Notes: generated from the letters alone by a model not told the origin. DNA of 64,000 nucleotides from an uncultured Clostridia bacterium (GCA_934130355.1 CAKOXV010000005.1:18690-82689), one strand, 5' to 3'. Numbered from the stretch's first letter, positions 1 to 10,502 are shown. Translations and numbers: made by a program.

Positions 1-55
1 AGCATTTATAATATTTTCATCAGTAGCAAATAACTTATTATATAACTATATAATC

Positions 56-649
56 ATGAGATATAAAGATGCGAGACCAATTATAATATATAGAATGATT
101 ACAACATTATATATATATATAATTCCAATAACACCAGACACATATATATTTCTTGAATCAATATTAAGAATTATAGTACCATATATAATTTATGTTATCA
201 TAGAAGGATTACATTCAAAAAATAACCAAATAATATCAACAAAACAGAAGATAAAAGAGATTATAATAAGTGTAATTTTATGCATAATAGTAGCATTAAT
301 CGTAATGCTTGTTTCATGTAGATTTAGATTTGGAGCATTAACAATAGGCTCTGGAAGTATGACAGGAACAATAAATAAAGGTGATATAATCATATATGAA
401 AAATATAAAGAAAATGAAAATGTAAAAACAGGAGATATAATAGTATTTACAAGTGATGATACTAGAATAGTTCATAGAGTAACAGAACAAAGAAATTTAG
501 GAGACGAAATAAGATATTATACAAAAGGTGATGCAAACGAACAAGAAGACCAAGGCTATAGATTACGAACTGATGTAGTTGGAAAGGTTAAATTTAGAAT
601 ACCTTATATTGGGTATTTAACATTATTAATAAATGATATGTTTGAATAG
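56..649 (+). CDS. sipW: Signal peptidase I, SipW-like (archaeal/ER-type S26B). Start uncertain; an internal Met is likely.
   Basis: TM helix followed by the catalytic 'GSGSMTGTINKGDII' motif, then 'GDIIVF...HRV' and 'TKGDAN' motifs typical of SipW. Confidence 0.75.
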   Translation: MRYKDARPIIIYRMITTLYIYIIPITPDTYIFLESILRIIVPYIIYVIIEGLHSKNNQIISTKQKIKEIIISVILCIIVALIVMLVSCRFRFGALTIGSGSMTGTINKGDIIIYEKYKENENVKTGDIIVFTSDDTRIVHRVTEQRNLGDEIRYYTKGDANEQEDQGYRLRTDVVGKVKFRIPYIGYLTLLINDMFE

Positions 650-661
650 GGGGAATAAAAA

Positions 662-1774
662 ATGCCAAAAGTATCACAAGAAGTCATATTACAACATCAA
701 AAAAGAAGAAGAAGAACTAAAATAATATTAGGAACATTAGGAGTAGTTTTTCTTGTAATTGCAATAGCTTTAATTAGTATATACTTTATTGCAAGTAAAA
801 ATGAATATAACAAATATAATGAAAAAGCTAAAGTAGATTACAAAGTAAATTTAAAAGAAAATGAATTCTATGATGATAAAACAGTAGATGGAAAAATGAG
901 TGTAGTGGCAAGCCTAATTAAAAACATAGAAGTAGGCTTCAAGTATAACTTAAATTTAGAAAATAGCCAAGATTATATTTATAGTTATAAAATAATTGCA
1001 AAAACAGATGTAAAAGAAGGATCAAGAGCAAATTCAGTATATGAAACATCACAAGAATTACTAAGCAAAGAATTAAAAACAAGTAGTTCTCCAAATCTTG
1101 AAATTTCAGAAAAAGTAGTAATAGATTATAATGAATATAATGAAAAAATTAATAGATTTATAAATATGTATAATCTAGATAACACATCAAATGCATTAGA
1201 GCTAAGTATGTATGTTTATGTAACAAATGTATATGACAATGAAAGAATAAACAAAGAAAGCAAAGTTATGACATTAAACATACCTTTAACAACTAAAACA
1301 GTTGATATAAGCATAAATTCAAATGTAATTGAAGATGAAGGAAAAATACTTTCAAAGAGAAGTGAATATCAAAATATAGAATGGATGTTGCTTGCAGGAT
1401 TAGTAGTGCTTGTAATTGGATTAATCTTTTTTGCAAGATTAATAGTATATACACTAGTAAATAGAAGAGCAGAAACAATATATAGACAAGAATTAAAGAA
1501 AATATTATTTAATTATAAAAGTTATATTCAACAAACAAATAGTGAAATAGATAGTAAAAACTATAAGATAATACAAATAAACACTTTTGAAGAAATACTA
1601 GGAATGAGAGAAACAATGCAATCACCAATTTTAATGTATACAGATGAATCAGAAGAAAGGACCAAATTTATGATTATAAATGATGGAATTCTATATGTAT
1701 ATGTATTAGGTGCAAAAGAAATTAGAGAAGATTTAAGAGCCAAAAGTGCAATGAAACAAGAAAATAAAAAATAA
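662..1774 (+). CDS. Hypothetical bitopic membrane protein (N-terminal TM plus a TM near residue 240) in an operon with sipW.
   Basis: Long ORF 13 bp after sipW. Two hydrophobic helices. No recognisable family. Confidence 0.5.
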   Translation: MPKVSQEVILQHQKRRRRTKIILGTLGVVFLVIAIALISIYFIASKNEYNKYNEKAKVDYKVNLKENEFYDDKTVDGKMSVVASLIKNIEVGFKYNLNLENSQDYIYSYKIIAKTDVKEGSRANSVYETSQELLSKELKTSSSPNLEISEKVVIDYNEYNEKINRFINMYNLDNTSNALELSMYVYVTNVYDNERINKESKVMTLNIPLTTKTVDISINSNVIEDEGKILSKRSEYQNIEWMLLAGLVVLVIGLIFFARLIVYTLVNRRAETIYRQELKKILFNYKSYIQQTNSEIDSKNYKIIQINTFEEILGMRETMQSPILMYTDESEERTKFMIINDGILYVYVLGAKEIREDLRAKSAMKQENKK

Positions 1775-1790
1775 TATAGGGACGAATAGT

Positions 1791-4700
1791 ATGAGAAAAG
1801 TGAAGCTAAGCAGACAGACTTTACTGCTATTCCTTTTACTATTGCTAATAGTATTAATGGGAATAGGATATTCTGCGATAAACTCAGTAACAGGAGAAAT
1901 AGATGGAAAAGTAATTGCAGATATACAAAGTGGAGTATTTATAGCAAGTGTAGAATACAGTAATGATGTTAATGCAGATTTGGACGCTTCTACAATAAAA
2001 TATTATAAAGGAACATATCTGCAAAATACAGTAAAATTATCAGATACAGATGCTAATTCATCAATAACATATAAAGTAACAATATATAATAATTCTGATG
2101 ACTTTACCACATTCTCCGGAGTTGAATATGATGAAGAGTTTTATGATAATTCAGACATAATATTTGAAACAAGTGGCTTAGAAAAAGGGAAAACAATAAA
2201 TAAAAAAGAATCAAAAGATATATATATAACATTTAAATATAAAGATGGAGTTATTCCAGAAAATAAAATCTTAAACGCAAATTTAAGATTTAAGTTTGAT
2301 TGGATAACTAGAATGATGGTAGCCAATCGAAATGACTCTAGTGCCACATATCTAAGAGGAACAATCACAAAAGATAAAATCGAAACAATAAATTTTGCTA
2401 GAGGAAGCACAATATCTGATGAAACAATATCAAGTTTTGATGCATCTGAAAAAGAGAATCAAACTATAATAGGATATTATACAGATATGGATGGTAATGG
2501 ATTATATGAATTAACATTTATGAGTGAAGGAATAATTGCGGCAAATGTAGATGCTTCATATTTATTTGGAGACATGACAAATTTAAAACAAATACTGTTT
2601 GACAATTTTTCTACAAAAGGTGTAACAAACATGTTTAAGATGTTTGGGGCATGTAGTGAATTAACAAGTTTGGATTTGACTAGTTTTAATACAAATCAAG
2701 TAATATCAATGTCAAATATGTTTGATAGTTGCTATAAGTTGATATCTATATATGTAAAACCATATAATGAGGAAAACAATGTGGGTTGGGTGACTTCTGC
2801 AGTAACAGAATCAAATCAAATGTTTAATGCATCAACTAATTTAATTGGAGGAAATGGAACTGAATTTGATGAAAATAATATAGATGTAAATTACGCGAGA
2901 ATAGATACAGTTGAAACTCCTGGATATTTAACAGACATTTCCGATAAACCAGTTATAATGATGAAAGGTAATAATGCTAGTGTTACTCCAAATTATTTGA
3001 GAGGGACAATTGCTAAAAACAGAATTAGAACAATAAGTTTTACAAGGGGAACCACACCACCAGAGGAAATAATAGAAAGTTTTGACGCTTCAGAAAAAGA
3101 AGATAAAAGTATAATGGGATATTATACAGATGCAGGTAATAGCGGATATAACTTGATATTTATGAGTGAATCAGTAATTGCACCAAATGTAGATGCTTCA
3201 TATCTATTTTGCAATTTGAATGTTATGAATCAAATAACATTTGATAATTTTAATACAAATCAAGTAATAGATATGAGTCATATGTTTGAAAAGTGTGAGA
3301 ATCTGAAAAACTTTGATGTAAGCAAATTCAAGACAAATCAATTAACTAACATGAGTTATATGTTTTATTATTGTAGAGGTATAACAGATTTAGACTTAAG
3401 TAATTTTAATACAAGTCAAGTAACCAATATGAGCTATATGCTTTATGCTTGTGATGGCTTAATAAATTTTGATGTAAGTAAATTTAACACAAGTAATGTT
3501 ACAGATATGAGTCATATGTTTGAGCTTTGCAATAAGTTAAATAACATAGATGTAAGTAATTTTGATACAAGCAAAGTAACAGATATGAATTTCATGTTTG
3601 AAGCATGTAAAGCTTTTACAAGCTTGGATGTGAGTAATTTTGACACAAGTCAAGTAACAGACATGGGGGCTATGTTTGCATGGTGTACTAATTTAACGAA
3701 TTTAGACTTAAACAATTTTGATACAAGCCAAGTAACAAATATGAGAAGTATGTTTGAACATTGTGATGCTTTAACAGATTTAAATATAAGCAAATTTGAT
3801 ACTAGTAAAGTAACAGATATGAGTTATATGTTTGATTTTTGTGATAGTTTAACGAGCCTAGACTTAAGTAACTTTGATACAAGTCAAGTAAATGACATGA
3901 AAGTTATGTTTCGTTGTAATAGTCTAACAAACTTGAATATAAGCAGTTTTGATACAAGTAATGTAACAGATATGAATTCAATGTTTAATGATTGCAGTAG
4001 TTTAACAAGTATAGATGTAAGTAATTTTAATACAAGTAATGTAATAGACATGACTAGTATGTTTTGGGGCTGCAGTAGTTTAACAAGCATAGATGTAAGT
4101 AATTTTAATACAAGTAATGTAACCCGAATGATTCAAATGTTTCAAGAGTGTACTAGTTTAACAAGTATAGACTTGAGCAACTTTGATACAAGTAAAGTAA
4201 TAGATATGAGATCATTGTTTAATGGTTGCAGTAAAATAACAAGTATAAATATAAGCAGCTTTGATACAAGTCAAGTAACAAATATGTGGGGTATGTTTTC
4301 ATATTGTAATAACTTAACAAGTATAGATATAAGTAGTTTTAATACAAGTCGAGTTACAGAAATGGGATGGATGTTTTCTAAATCTGCTAAATTATCCCAA
4401 ATTTATGTTAGTGAATTTTCAACTTTAAAAGTTACTAGTTCAGATCATATGTTTTATGATTGTACAAGTTTAGTAGGTGGAAATGGAACGAAATATAATT
4501 CTAGATATCAAGACAAAACTTATGCAAGAATAGACAAATTAGGGGAACCAGGATATTTTACTGAATTAACAAAGGTTAGCAGAATGATGGCAGGTAACAA
4601 TAGTGCTACAAATTATTTAAGAGGAACAATTGCAAAAAACGAAATAAAAACAATAAAATTTATTAGAGGAACTACTCAACCAGAAGGAACAGTATCAAGC

Positions 4701-6809
4701 TTTGACGCATCTGCAAATCATGATGGAAGTATAATGGGGTATTATACAGATGCTGGTGATGGTTTATATGAATTAACATTTATAAGTGATTCAATAATTA
4801 AAGCCAATACAAATGCTTCATATTTATTTCATAATTTAACAGAATTGGAAAAAATCTCATTTGCTAACTTTAGAACTTCAGATGTAACTATTATGACTTC
4901 AATGTTTCAAGGCTGTAGCAAGTTGAAAAATTTGAGTTTAGGTAATTTTGATACAAGTAATGTTACAAGAATGACACTTATGTTTTATAAGTGTAATAAT
5001 CTAGTAAGTTTAGATGTAAGCAGCTTTAATACAAGCAAAGTAGTAGATATGTATGCTATGTTTAATCAATGCAGTAACCTAACAAGCGTAGATGTAAGTA
5101 AATTTGATACAAGTCAAGTAACAAGTATGGGATTTATGTTTGGAGGTTGCCTTAAATTAGAAAGTTTAAATCTAAGTAGTTTTGATACAAGTAAAGTAAC
5201 AAGTATGACCGTTATGTTTAATCAATGCAGTAGTTTAACAAGCTTAGATTTAAAAGGATTTGATACAAGCAAAGTTACTACTATGAGTTATATGTTTGCA
5301 TATTGCACTAAATTATCCACAATTTATGTTGATGACTTTTCTACATCAGCAGTAACTGATGATGCAAATATGTTTAATGCATGTACAAGCCTAGTAGGAG
5401 GAAATGGAACGAGATACAATGCTAGTTATAAGACTAAAACTTATGCAAGGATAGATAAAGCAGGAGAACCAGGATATTTTACCCAAAAGTATAATGAAAC
5501 AGTAATGATGAAAACATCTGGAAGTGATAATAATTCAAATTACTTAAGAGGAGGAATTAAAAAAGTAAATATAGAAAAAATCAAATTTGTAAAAGGAAAG
5601 ACTCAGCCAACTGGAATAATATCAAGTTTTGATGCTTCTGAAAATCAAGATGGAAGTATAATAGGATATTATACAGATATAAATGGAAATGGCTTATATG
5701 AATTAACATTTATGAGTAATTCGACAATAAAAGCAAATGCAGATTCATCATATTTATTTATGTATTTGACAAATTTAAAAGAAATAACATTTGATAACTT
5801 TAAAACAACAGGCACAACTAATATGCTGTATATGTTTTTCTATTGTAGTAATTTAGCAAGTATAGATTTGAGTAATTTTGATACGAGTGAAGTTACAAAT
5901 ATGCAATATTTATTTGGATATTGTAGTAGTTTAGAAAGTTTAGACATAAGTAGTTTTGATACAAGTAAAGTTACAAATATGGGAACAATGTTCCTAGAAT
6001 GTTCAAAATTATCTAAAATTTATGTTGATCAATTTGCAACATCAGCAGTAACCAATTCAGGTGGAATGTTCTATGGATGTACAAATCTAGTAGGAGGAAA
6101 TGGAACAACTTATGATGCTAGTAAAAATGATGCAACTTATGCAAGAATAGACAAGTCTGGAACACCAGGATACTTTACTTTAAAAAACAAGAGTGAAGTA
6201 ATGATGATGGCAACAGAATTAAGCGGAAGTAGTTCTAACTATTTAAGAGGAACAATTATAAGAGGACAAATAGAAAAAGTAAAATTCGTTGAAGGAACAA
6301 CACCACCAACAGGAACAACATCAAGTTTTGATGCTTCAGCAAATCAAGATGGAAGTATAATGGGATATTATACAGATACAGATGGAAATGGTTTGTATGA
6401 ATTGACATTTATGAGTGATGCGATAATTATTTCAAATACAAATGCATCAGGATTATTTATGAATTTTACAAATTTAAAAGAAATAACATTTGATAATTTT
6501 AAAACAACAGGCACAACTAATATGCTGTATATGTTTCTTTATTGTAGTAATTTAACAAGTTTGGACTTAAGTAATTTCGATACAAGTAAAGTTACAAATA
6601 TGCAAACAATGTTTGCAGGATGCTCAAAGCTATCTACGATTTATGTTAAAAACTTTTCAACACTTGAAGTTACTTCTTCTGGAGATATGTTTGGAGGATG
6701 TACAAGCCTAGTAGGAGGAAATGGAACAACATTCAACTCTAGTTATACAGATGCAACATATGCAAGAATAGACAAGTCTGGAACACCAGGATATTTTACA
6801 CAAAAATAA
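1791..6809 (+). CDS. Giant surface protein of 1672 aa. N-terminal signal/anchor and conserved beta-rich domain of about 190 aa, followed by four modules of 26-residue DUF285/TIGR02167 leucine-rich repeats.
   Basis: Repeating '(L)xxLDxSxFDTSxVTxMxxMFxxCxxL' units. Each module ends 'GGNGTxYN..TYARIDKxGxPGYFT'. Signal-like N-terminus 'MRKVKLSRQTLLLFLLLLLIVLMGIGYSAINS'. Confidence 0.85.
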   Translation: MRKVKLSRQTLLLFLLLLLIVLMGIGYSAINSVTGEIDGKVIADIQSGVFIASVEYSNDVNADLDASTIKYYKGTYLQNTVKLSDTDANSSITYKVTIYNNSDDFTTFSGVEYDEEFYDNSDIIFETSGLEKGKTINKKESKDIYITFKYKDGVIPENKILNANLRFKFDWITRMMVANRNDSSATYLRGTITKDKIETINFARGSTISDETISSFDASEKENQTIIGYYTDMDGNGLYELTFMSEGIIAANVDASYLFGDMTNLKQILFDNFSTKGVTNMFKMFGACSELTSLDLTSFNTNQVISMSNMFDSCYKLISIYVKPYNEENNVGWVTSAVTESNQMFNASTNLIGGNGTEFDENNIDVNYARIDTVETPGYLTDISDKPVIMMKGNNASVTPNYLRGTIAKNRIRTISFTRGTTPPEEIIESFDASEKEDKSIMGYYTDAGNSGYNLIFMSESVIAPNVDASYLFCNLNVMNQITFDNFNTNQVIDMSHMFEKCENLKNFDVSKFKTNQLTNMSYMFYYCRGITDLDLSNFNTSQVTNMSYMLYACDGLINFDVSKFNTSNVTDMSHMFELCNKLNNIDVSNFDTSKVTDMNFMFEACKAFTSLDVSNFDTSQVTDMGAMFAWCTNLTNLDLNNFDTSQVTNMRSMFEHCDALTDLNISKFDTSKVTDMSYMFDFCDSLTSLDLSNFDTSQVNDMKVMFRCNSLTNLNISSFDTSNVTDMNSMFNDCSSLTSIDVSNFNTSNVIDMTSMFWGCSSLTSIDVSNFNTSNVTRMIQMFQECTSLTSIDLSNFDTSKVIDMRSLFNGCSKITSINISSFDTSQVTNMWGMFSYCNNLTSIDISSFNTSRVTEMGWMFSKSAKLSQIYVSEFSTLKVTSSDHMFYDCTSLVGGNGTKYNSRYQDKTYARIDKLGEPGYFTELTKVSRMMAGNNSATNYLRGTIAKNEIKTIKFIRGTTQPEGTVSSFDASANHDGSIMGYYTDAGDGLYELTFISDSIIKANTNASYLFHNLTELEKISFANFRTSDVTIMTSMFQGCSKLKNLSLGNFDTSNVTRMTLMFYKCNNLVSLDVSSFNTSKVVDMYAMFNQCSNLTSVDVSKFDTSQVTSMGFMFGGCLKLESLNLSSFDTSKVTSMTVMFNQCSSLTSLDLKGFDTSKVTTMSYMFAYCTKLSTIYVDDFSTSAVTDDANMFNACTSLVGGNGTRYNASYKTKTYARIDKAGEPGYFTQKYNETVMMKTSGSDNNSNYLRGGIKKVNIEKIKFVKGKTQPTGIISSFDASENQDGSIIGYYTDINGNGLYELTFMSNSTIKANADSSYLFMYLTNLKEITFDNFKTTGTTNMLYMFFYCSNLASIDLSNFDTSEVTNMQYLFGYCSSLESLDISSFDTSKVTNMGTMFLECSKLSKIYVDQFATSAVTNSGGMFYGCTNLVGGNGTTYDASKNDATYARIDKSGTPGYFTLKNKSEVMMMATELSGSSSNYLRGTIIRGQIEKVKFVEGTTPPTGTTSSFDASANQDGSIMGYYTDTDGNGLYELTFMSDAIIISNTNASGLFMNFTNLKEITFDNFKTTGTTNMLYMFLYCSNLTSLDLSNFDTSKVTNMQTMFAGCSKLSTIYVKNFSTLEVTSSGDMFGGCTSLVGGNGTTFNSSYTDATYARIDKSGTPGYFTQK

Positions 6810-6817
6810 AACAGAGA

Positions 6818-6860
6818 ATAGAAGTAGAAAACCAAAAAATTCTACTTCTATTTTTTTATC
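6818..6860 (+). terminator. Rho-independent terminator after the first giant repeat gene.
   Basis: Stem GAAGTAGAA...TTCTACTTC followed by a T-run. Confidence 0.7.
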
Positions 6861-6914
6861 CATAATAATACAAAATACTTTTAAATTAACACAAATAAAA
6901 ATTTAATAAACTAC

Positions 6915-6950
6915 TTGAAAAATATGCAAAGAAAATATACAATGTATAAT
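6915..6950 (+). promoter_or_regulatory. Sigma-A-like promoter (TTGAAA-17-TACAAT/TATAAT) upstream of the second giant gene. Homologous to the pth promoter segment at 10575-10610.
   Basis: -35/-10 hexamers. Segment 'tacttgaaaaata(t/c)gcaaa' is duplicated at 10571. Confidence 0.45.
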
Positions 6951-7049
6951 AATAAAATACAAAAATTAGCAATAATTTTTTACAAAATCTTATCCTAAAA
7001 TAGCGAAACATATTGAAGATTAAATATAAAAAATAAACGAGGAAAGGAG

Positions 7050-7091
7050 ATGGTGATATATCTAAAATTAGATATATCATACAAAAGATAG
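7050..7091 (+). other. 13-codon upstream ORF (MVIYLKLDISYKR) with a strong SD. Its stop codon lies 1 nt before the start of the gene at 7093. It contains the 24-bp palindrome GATATATCTAA-AA-TTAGATATATC (7055-7078).
   Basis: GAGGAAAGGAG then ATG at 7050. TAG at 7089-7091, then 'tagtATG'. Perfect 11-bp inverted-repeat arms. Confidence 0.35.
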
Positions 7092-7092
7092 T

Positions 7093-10000
7093 ATGAGAAA
7101 AGTGAAGCTGAGACAAAAAACTTTAATACTATTCCTTTTGCTATTGGTAATAGTATTAATGGGAATAGGATATTCTGCAATAAATTCAATAACAGGCGAA
7201 ATTAAAGGAATTGTAATCGCAAACATACAAGATGGTGTATTTATAGCAAATGTAGAATATGTGAGTAGTGTTAATGCAGATGTAGACAATTCAGCAATTG
7301 AGTATTATAAAGGCACATATTTGCGAAACAAAGCAAAACTATCAGATACAGATGCAAGTTCTTCAATAACATATAAAATAACATTTTATGATAATTCTAA
7401 TAGTTCTTATACATTTGTAGGAGTAGAATATGATGAAGAATTCTATGACAATGTAGACATAATATTTGAAACAAGTAGATTTGACATAGGGCAAGACATA
7501 AACAAGAATGAAACAAAAGAAATGTATATAACATTTAAATACAAAGATGGAGTTCTTCCAGAAAACAAAACTCTAAATGCGAATTTGAACTTCAAATTTG
7601 AAAAAATAAATAGAATGATGGTAGCAGGCAACAATTCTAGTGGAAACTATTTAAGAGGAACAATTGCAAAAGACCAAATAGAAACAATAAGTTTTACAAA
7701 AGGAACTACACCGCCAACAGGAGTAACATCAAGTTTTGATGCTTCTGAAAGTCAAGACAATGGCATAATTGGATATTACACAGATACAGATGGTAATGGA
7801 CTATATGAATTAACATTTATGAGTGAAGGAACAATTTTAGCTAATACAAATAGTTCATATTTGTTTTTCAAGTTGACAAGTTTAAATCAGATAACATTTG
7901 ACAATTTTGATGTAAGTGCTACAAGTAAAGTAACAGACATGAAATATATGTTTTATAGTTGCGGAGGTTTAACTAGTTTGGATGTAAGTAAATTTGATAC
8001 AAGCCAAGTAACAAGTATGAGTTATATGTTTTCTTCTTGCGGTGGTTTAACGAGTTTAGATTTAAGCAATTTTAATACAAGCAAAGTTACAGATGTGGAG
8101 TATATGTTTTATAATTGTAGTAATTTAACAAAGTTAGATGTAAGCAAATTTGACACAAGTCAAGTAACATATATGAGACATATGTTTAATGGTTGCAGTG
8201 GTTTAACCAGTTTAGATGTAAACAACTTTGATACAAGTAAAGTAACAAACATGAGTTATATGTTTTCTTCTTGCAGTGGTTTAACTGATTTAGATGTAAG
8301 CAACTTTAATACAAGTCAAGTAACAGCTATGAATAGTATGTTTGAATCTTGTAGTGGTTTAACCAATTTAGATTTAAGTAACTTTGATACAGGTAAAGTA
8401 ACAGAAATGTATAGTATGTTTGAATCTTGTAGTGGTTTAACCAGTTTAGATGTAAGCAACTTTAATACAAGCAAAGTAACAAATATGAGTGCTATGTTTT
8501 CTTCTTGCAATAGTTTAGCCAGCCTAGATGTAAGCAACTTTGGTACAAGTCAGGTAAGATTTATGAGTACTATGTTTTATGGTTGCAGTAGTTTAACCAA
8601 TTTAGATGTAAGCAACTTTGATACAAGTCAGGTAATGTATATGAGTCATATGTTTACTCAATGCAGTGGCTTAACCAATTTAGATGTAAGCAACTTTAAC
8701 ACAAGTCAAGTAAGAGAGATACAGGATATGTTTAGAGATTGTTTTGGTCTAACCAGTTTAGATTTAAGTAACTTTAACACAGCAGAAGTAACAAATATGA
8801 GTGGTATGTTTGCGAATTGTGTCGGTCTAATCAATTTAGACGTAAGCAGTTTTAACACAAGTAAAGTAACAAGTATGGGTGGTATGTTTGAGGATTGCAT
8901 AAATTTAACAAGTTTAGATTTAAACAGTTTTGACACAGGTCAAGTGAAATATATGAGTGACATGTTTGGGTATTGTAGAAAATTAACAACCATTTATGCT
9001 AAAGATTTTTCAACTTCAAATGTCAGAAATTCCTCAAGTATGTTTAACAAATGTACAAGCCTAGTAGGTGGAAATGGAACGACGTACAATTCTAGTTATA
9101 CAGATGCAACATATGCAAGAATAGACATAGAAGGAACACCAGGATATTTTACGAGACTAACAAGAATGATGGTTGCAAGCTACAGTTTTGATGGAAACCA
9201 TTTAAGAGGAACAATTGCAAAAGATAAAATAGAAAAAATAGTTTTTACCAAAGGCTCTACAGCTCCAACAGGAGCAATATCAAGTTTTGATGCTTCTGAA
9301 AATGAAGATAAAAGTATAATAGGATACTATACAGATACAGACGGAAATGATTTATATGAATTAACATTTATGAGTGAAAGCACAATTTTGGCTAATACAA
9401 ATAGTTCGTATTTGTTTTACGGTTTAAAGAGTTTAAAACAGATAACATTTGACAATTTTAATGTAAGTAATGTAAGCAAGGTAACAGATATGATAAATAT
9501 GTTTACTGGTTGTATTAGTTTAACCAGTTTAGATGTAAGTAAATTTGATACTAGCCAAGTAACAAGTATGAGTTCTATGTTTTATGGGTGTAGTGGATTA
9601 ACGAGTTTGGATGTAAGCAAGTTTGATACAAGTCAAGTAACAAGTATGAGTTCTATGTTTTATGGGTGTAGTGGATTAACGAGTTTGGATGTGAGCAAGT
9701 TTGATACAAGTCAAGTAACAAGTATGAGTTCTATGTTTTATAATTGCAGTGGTTTGACGAGTCTAGATGTAAGCAGCTTTGATACAAGTCAAGTAACATT
9801 AATGGATAGTATGTTTTCTAATTGCAGTAGCTTAACAAGTTTAGATGTAAGCAAATTTGACACAAGTAAAGTAACAGATATGAGTTATATGTTTTTTTAT
9901 TGCAGTAAATTAACAAATTTAGATGTAAGCAAATTTGACACAAGCAAAGTGACGGATATGATGCGTATGTTTTATAATTGCAGTGGTTTGACGAGTTTAG

Positions 10001-10479
10001 ATGTAAGCAAATTTGATACAAGCCAAGTGACAGATATGAGTCATATGTTTTATAATTGCAAAGGTTTAACCGGTTTAGATGTGAGCAATTTTGACACAAG
10101 CAAAGTAACAGGTATGAGGGATATGTTTTCTGGTTGCAAAGGTTTAACCAGTTTAGATGTAAGTAACTTTGATACTAGCCAAGTAACAAATATGATGCAG
10201 ATGTTTACTAATTGCAGTGGCTTAACGAGTTTAGATGTAAGCAAATTTGATACAAGTAAAGTAACAAATATGATGAATATGTTTTTTGGTTGCAGTAAAT
10301 TAACAACAATTTATGTTAAAGATTTTTCAACTTCAAATGTTACAGAGTCTTCGAACATGTTCTATGGTTGCACAAGCCTAGTAGGAGGAAATGGAACTAC
10401 GTACAATTCTAGTTATAAAGATGCAACATATGCAAGAATAGACACAGCTGGAACACCAGGATATTTTACACAAAAATAA
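7093..10479 (+). CDS. Second giant surface protein (1128 aa), paralogue of 1791..6809. The N-terminal domain of about 190 aa is conserved; two modules of 26-residue DUF285 repeats follow.
   Basis: About 85% nt identity to the paralogue over the N-terminus. Same repeat consensus and same C-terminal 'GGNGTTYNSSY.DATYARID..GTPGYFTQK'. Confidence 0.85.
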   Translation: MRKVKLRQKTLILFLLLLVIVLMGIGYSAINSITGEIKGIVIANIQDGVFIANVEYVSSVNADVDNSAIEYYKGTYLRNKAKLSDTDASSSITYKITFYDNSNSSYTFVGVEYDEEFYDNVDIIFETSRFDIGQDINKNETKEMYITFKYKDGVLPENKTLNANLNFKFEKINRMMVAGNNSSGNYLRGTIAKDQIETISFTKGTTPPTGVTSSFDASESQDNGIIGYYTDTDGNGLYELTFMSEGTILANTNSSYLFFKLTSLNQITFDNFDVSATSKVTDMKYMFYSCGGLTSLDVSKFDTSQVTSMSYMFSSCGGLTSLDLSNFNTSKVTDVEYMFYNCSNLTKLDVSKFDTSQVTYMRHMFNGCSGLTSLDVNNFDTSKVTNMSYMFSSCSGLTDLDVSNFNTSQVTAMNSMFESCSGLTNLDLSNFDTGKVTEMYSMFESCSGLTSLDVSNFNTSKVTNMSAMFSSCNSLASLDVSNFGTSQVRFMSTMFYGCSSLTNLDVSNFDTSQVMYMSHMFTQCSGLTNLDVSNFNTSQVREIQDMFRDCFGLTSLDLSNFNTAEVTNMSGMFANCVGLINLDVSSFNTSKVTSMGGMFEDCINLTSLDLNSFDTGQVKYMSDMFGYCRKLTTIYAKDFSTSNVRNSSSMFNKCTSLVGGNGTTYNSSYTDATYARIDIEGTPGYFTRLTRMMVASYSFDGNHLRGTIAKDKIEKIVFTKGSTAPTGAISSFDASENEDKSIIGYYTDTDGNDLYELTFMSESTILANTNSSYLFYGLKSLKQITFDNFNVSNVSKVTDMINMFTGCISLTSLDVSKFDTSQVTSMSSMFYGCSGLTSLDVSKFDTSQVTSMSSMFYGCSGLTSLDVSKFDTSQVTSMSSMFYNCSGLTSLDVSSFDTSQVTLMDSMFSNCSSLTSLDVSKFDTSKVTDMSYMFFYCSKLTNLDVSKFDTSKVTDMMRMFYNCSGLTSLDVSKFDTSQVTDMSHMFYNCKGLTGLDVSNFDTSKVTGMRDMFSGCKGLTSLDVSNFDTSQVTNMMQMFTNCSGLTSLDVSKFDTSKVTNMMNMFFGCSKLTTIYVKDFSTSNVTESSNMFYGCTSLVGGNGTTYNSSYKDATYARIDTAGTPGYFTQK
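9532..9765 (+). repeat. Three near-identical tandem 78-bp (26-codon) repeats inside the second giant gene.
   Basis: 'DVSKFDTSQVTSMSSMFYGCSGLTSL' is encoded three times with 1-3 nt differences. Confidence 0.85.
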
Positions 10480-10502
10480 TTAATATAAATAAAAATTTAA
10501 GT

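Noticed and set aside
6845-6860. DnaA-box-like 'TTATCCATA' that might hint at a replication origin.
   Set aside because: It is a single imperfect box with no cluster, no AT-rich DUE context beyond the genome's background, and no dnaA or dnaN nearby.
1791-10479. Regular short repeats that might suggest a CRISPR array.
   Set aside because: The periodicity is 78 bp, it lies in a single long reading frame encoding 26-residue protein repeats, and there are no unique spacers or cas genes.
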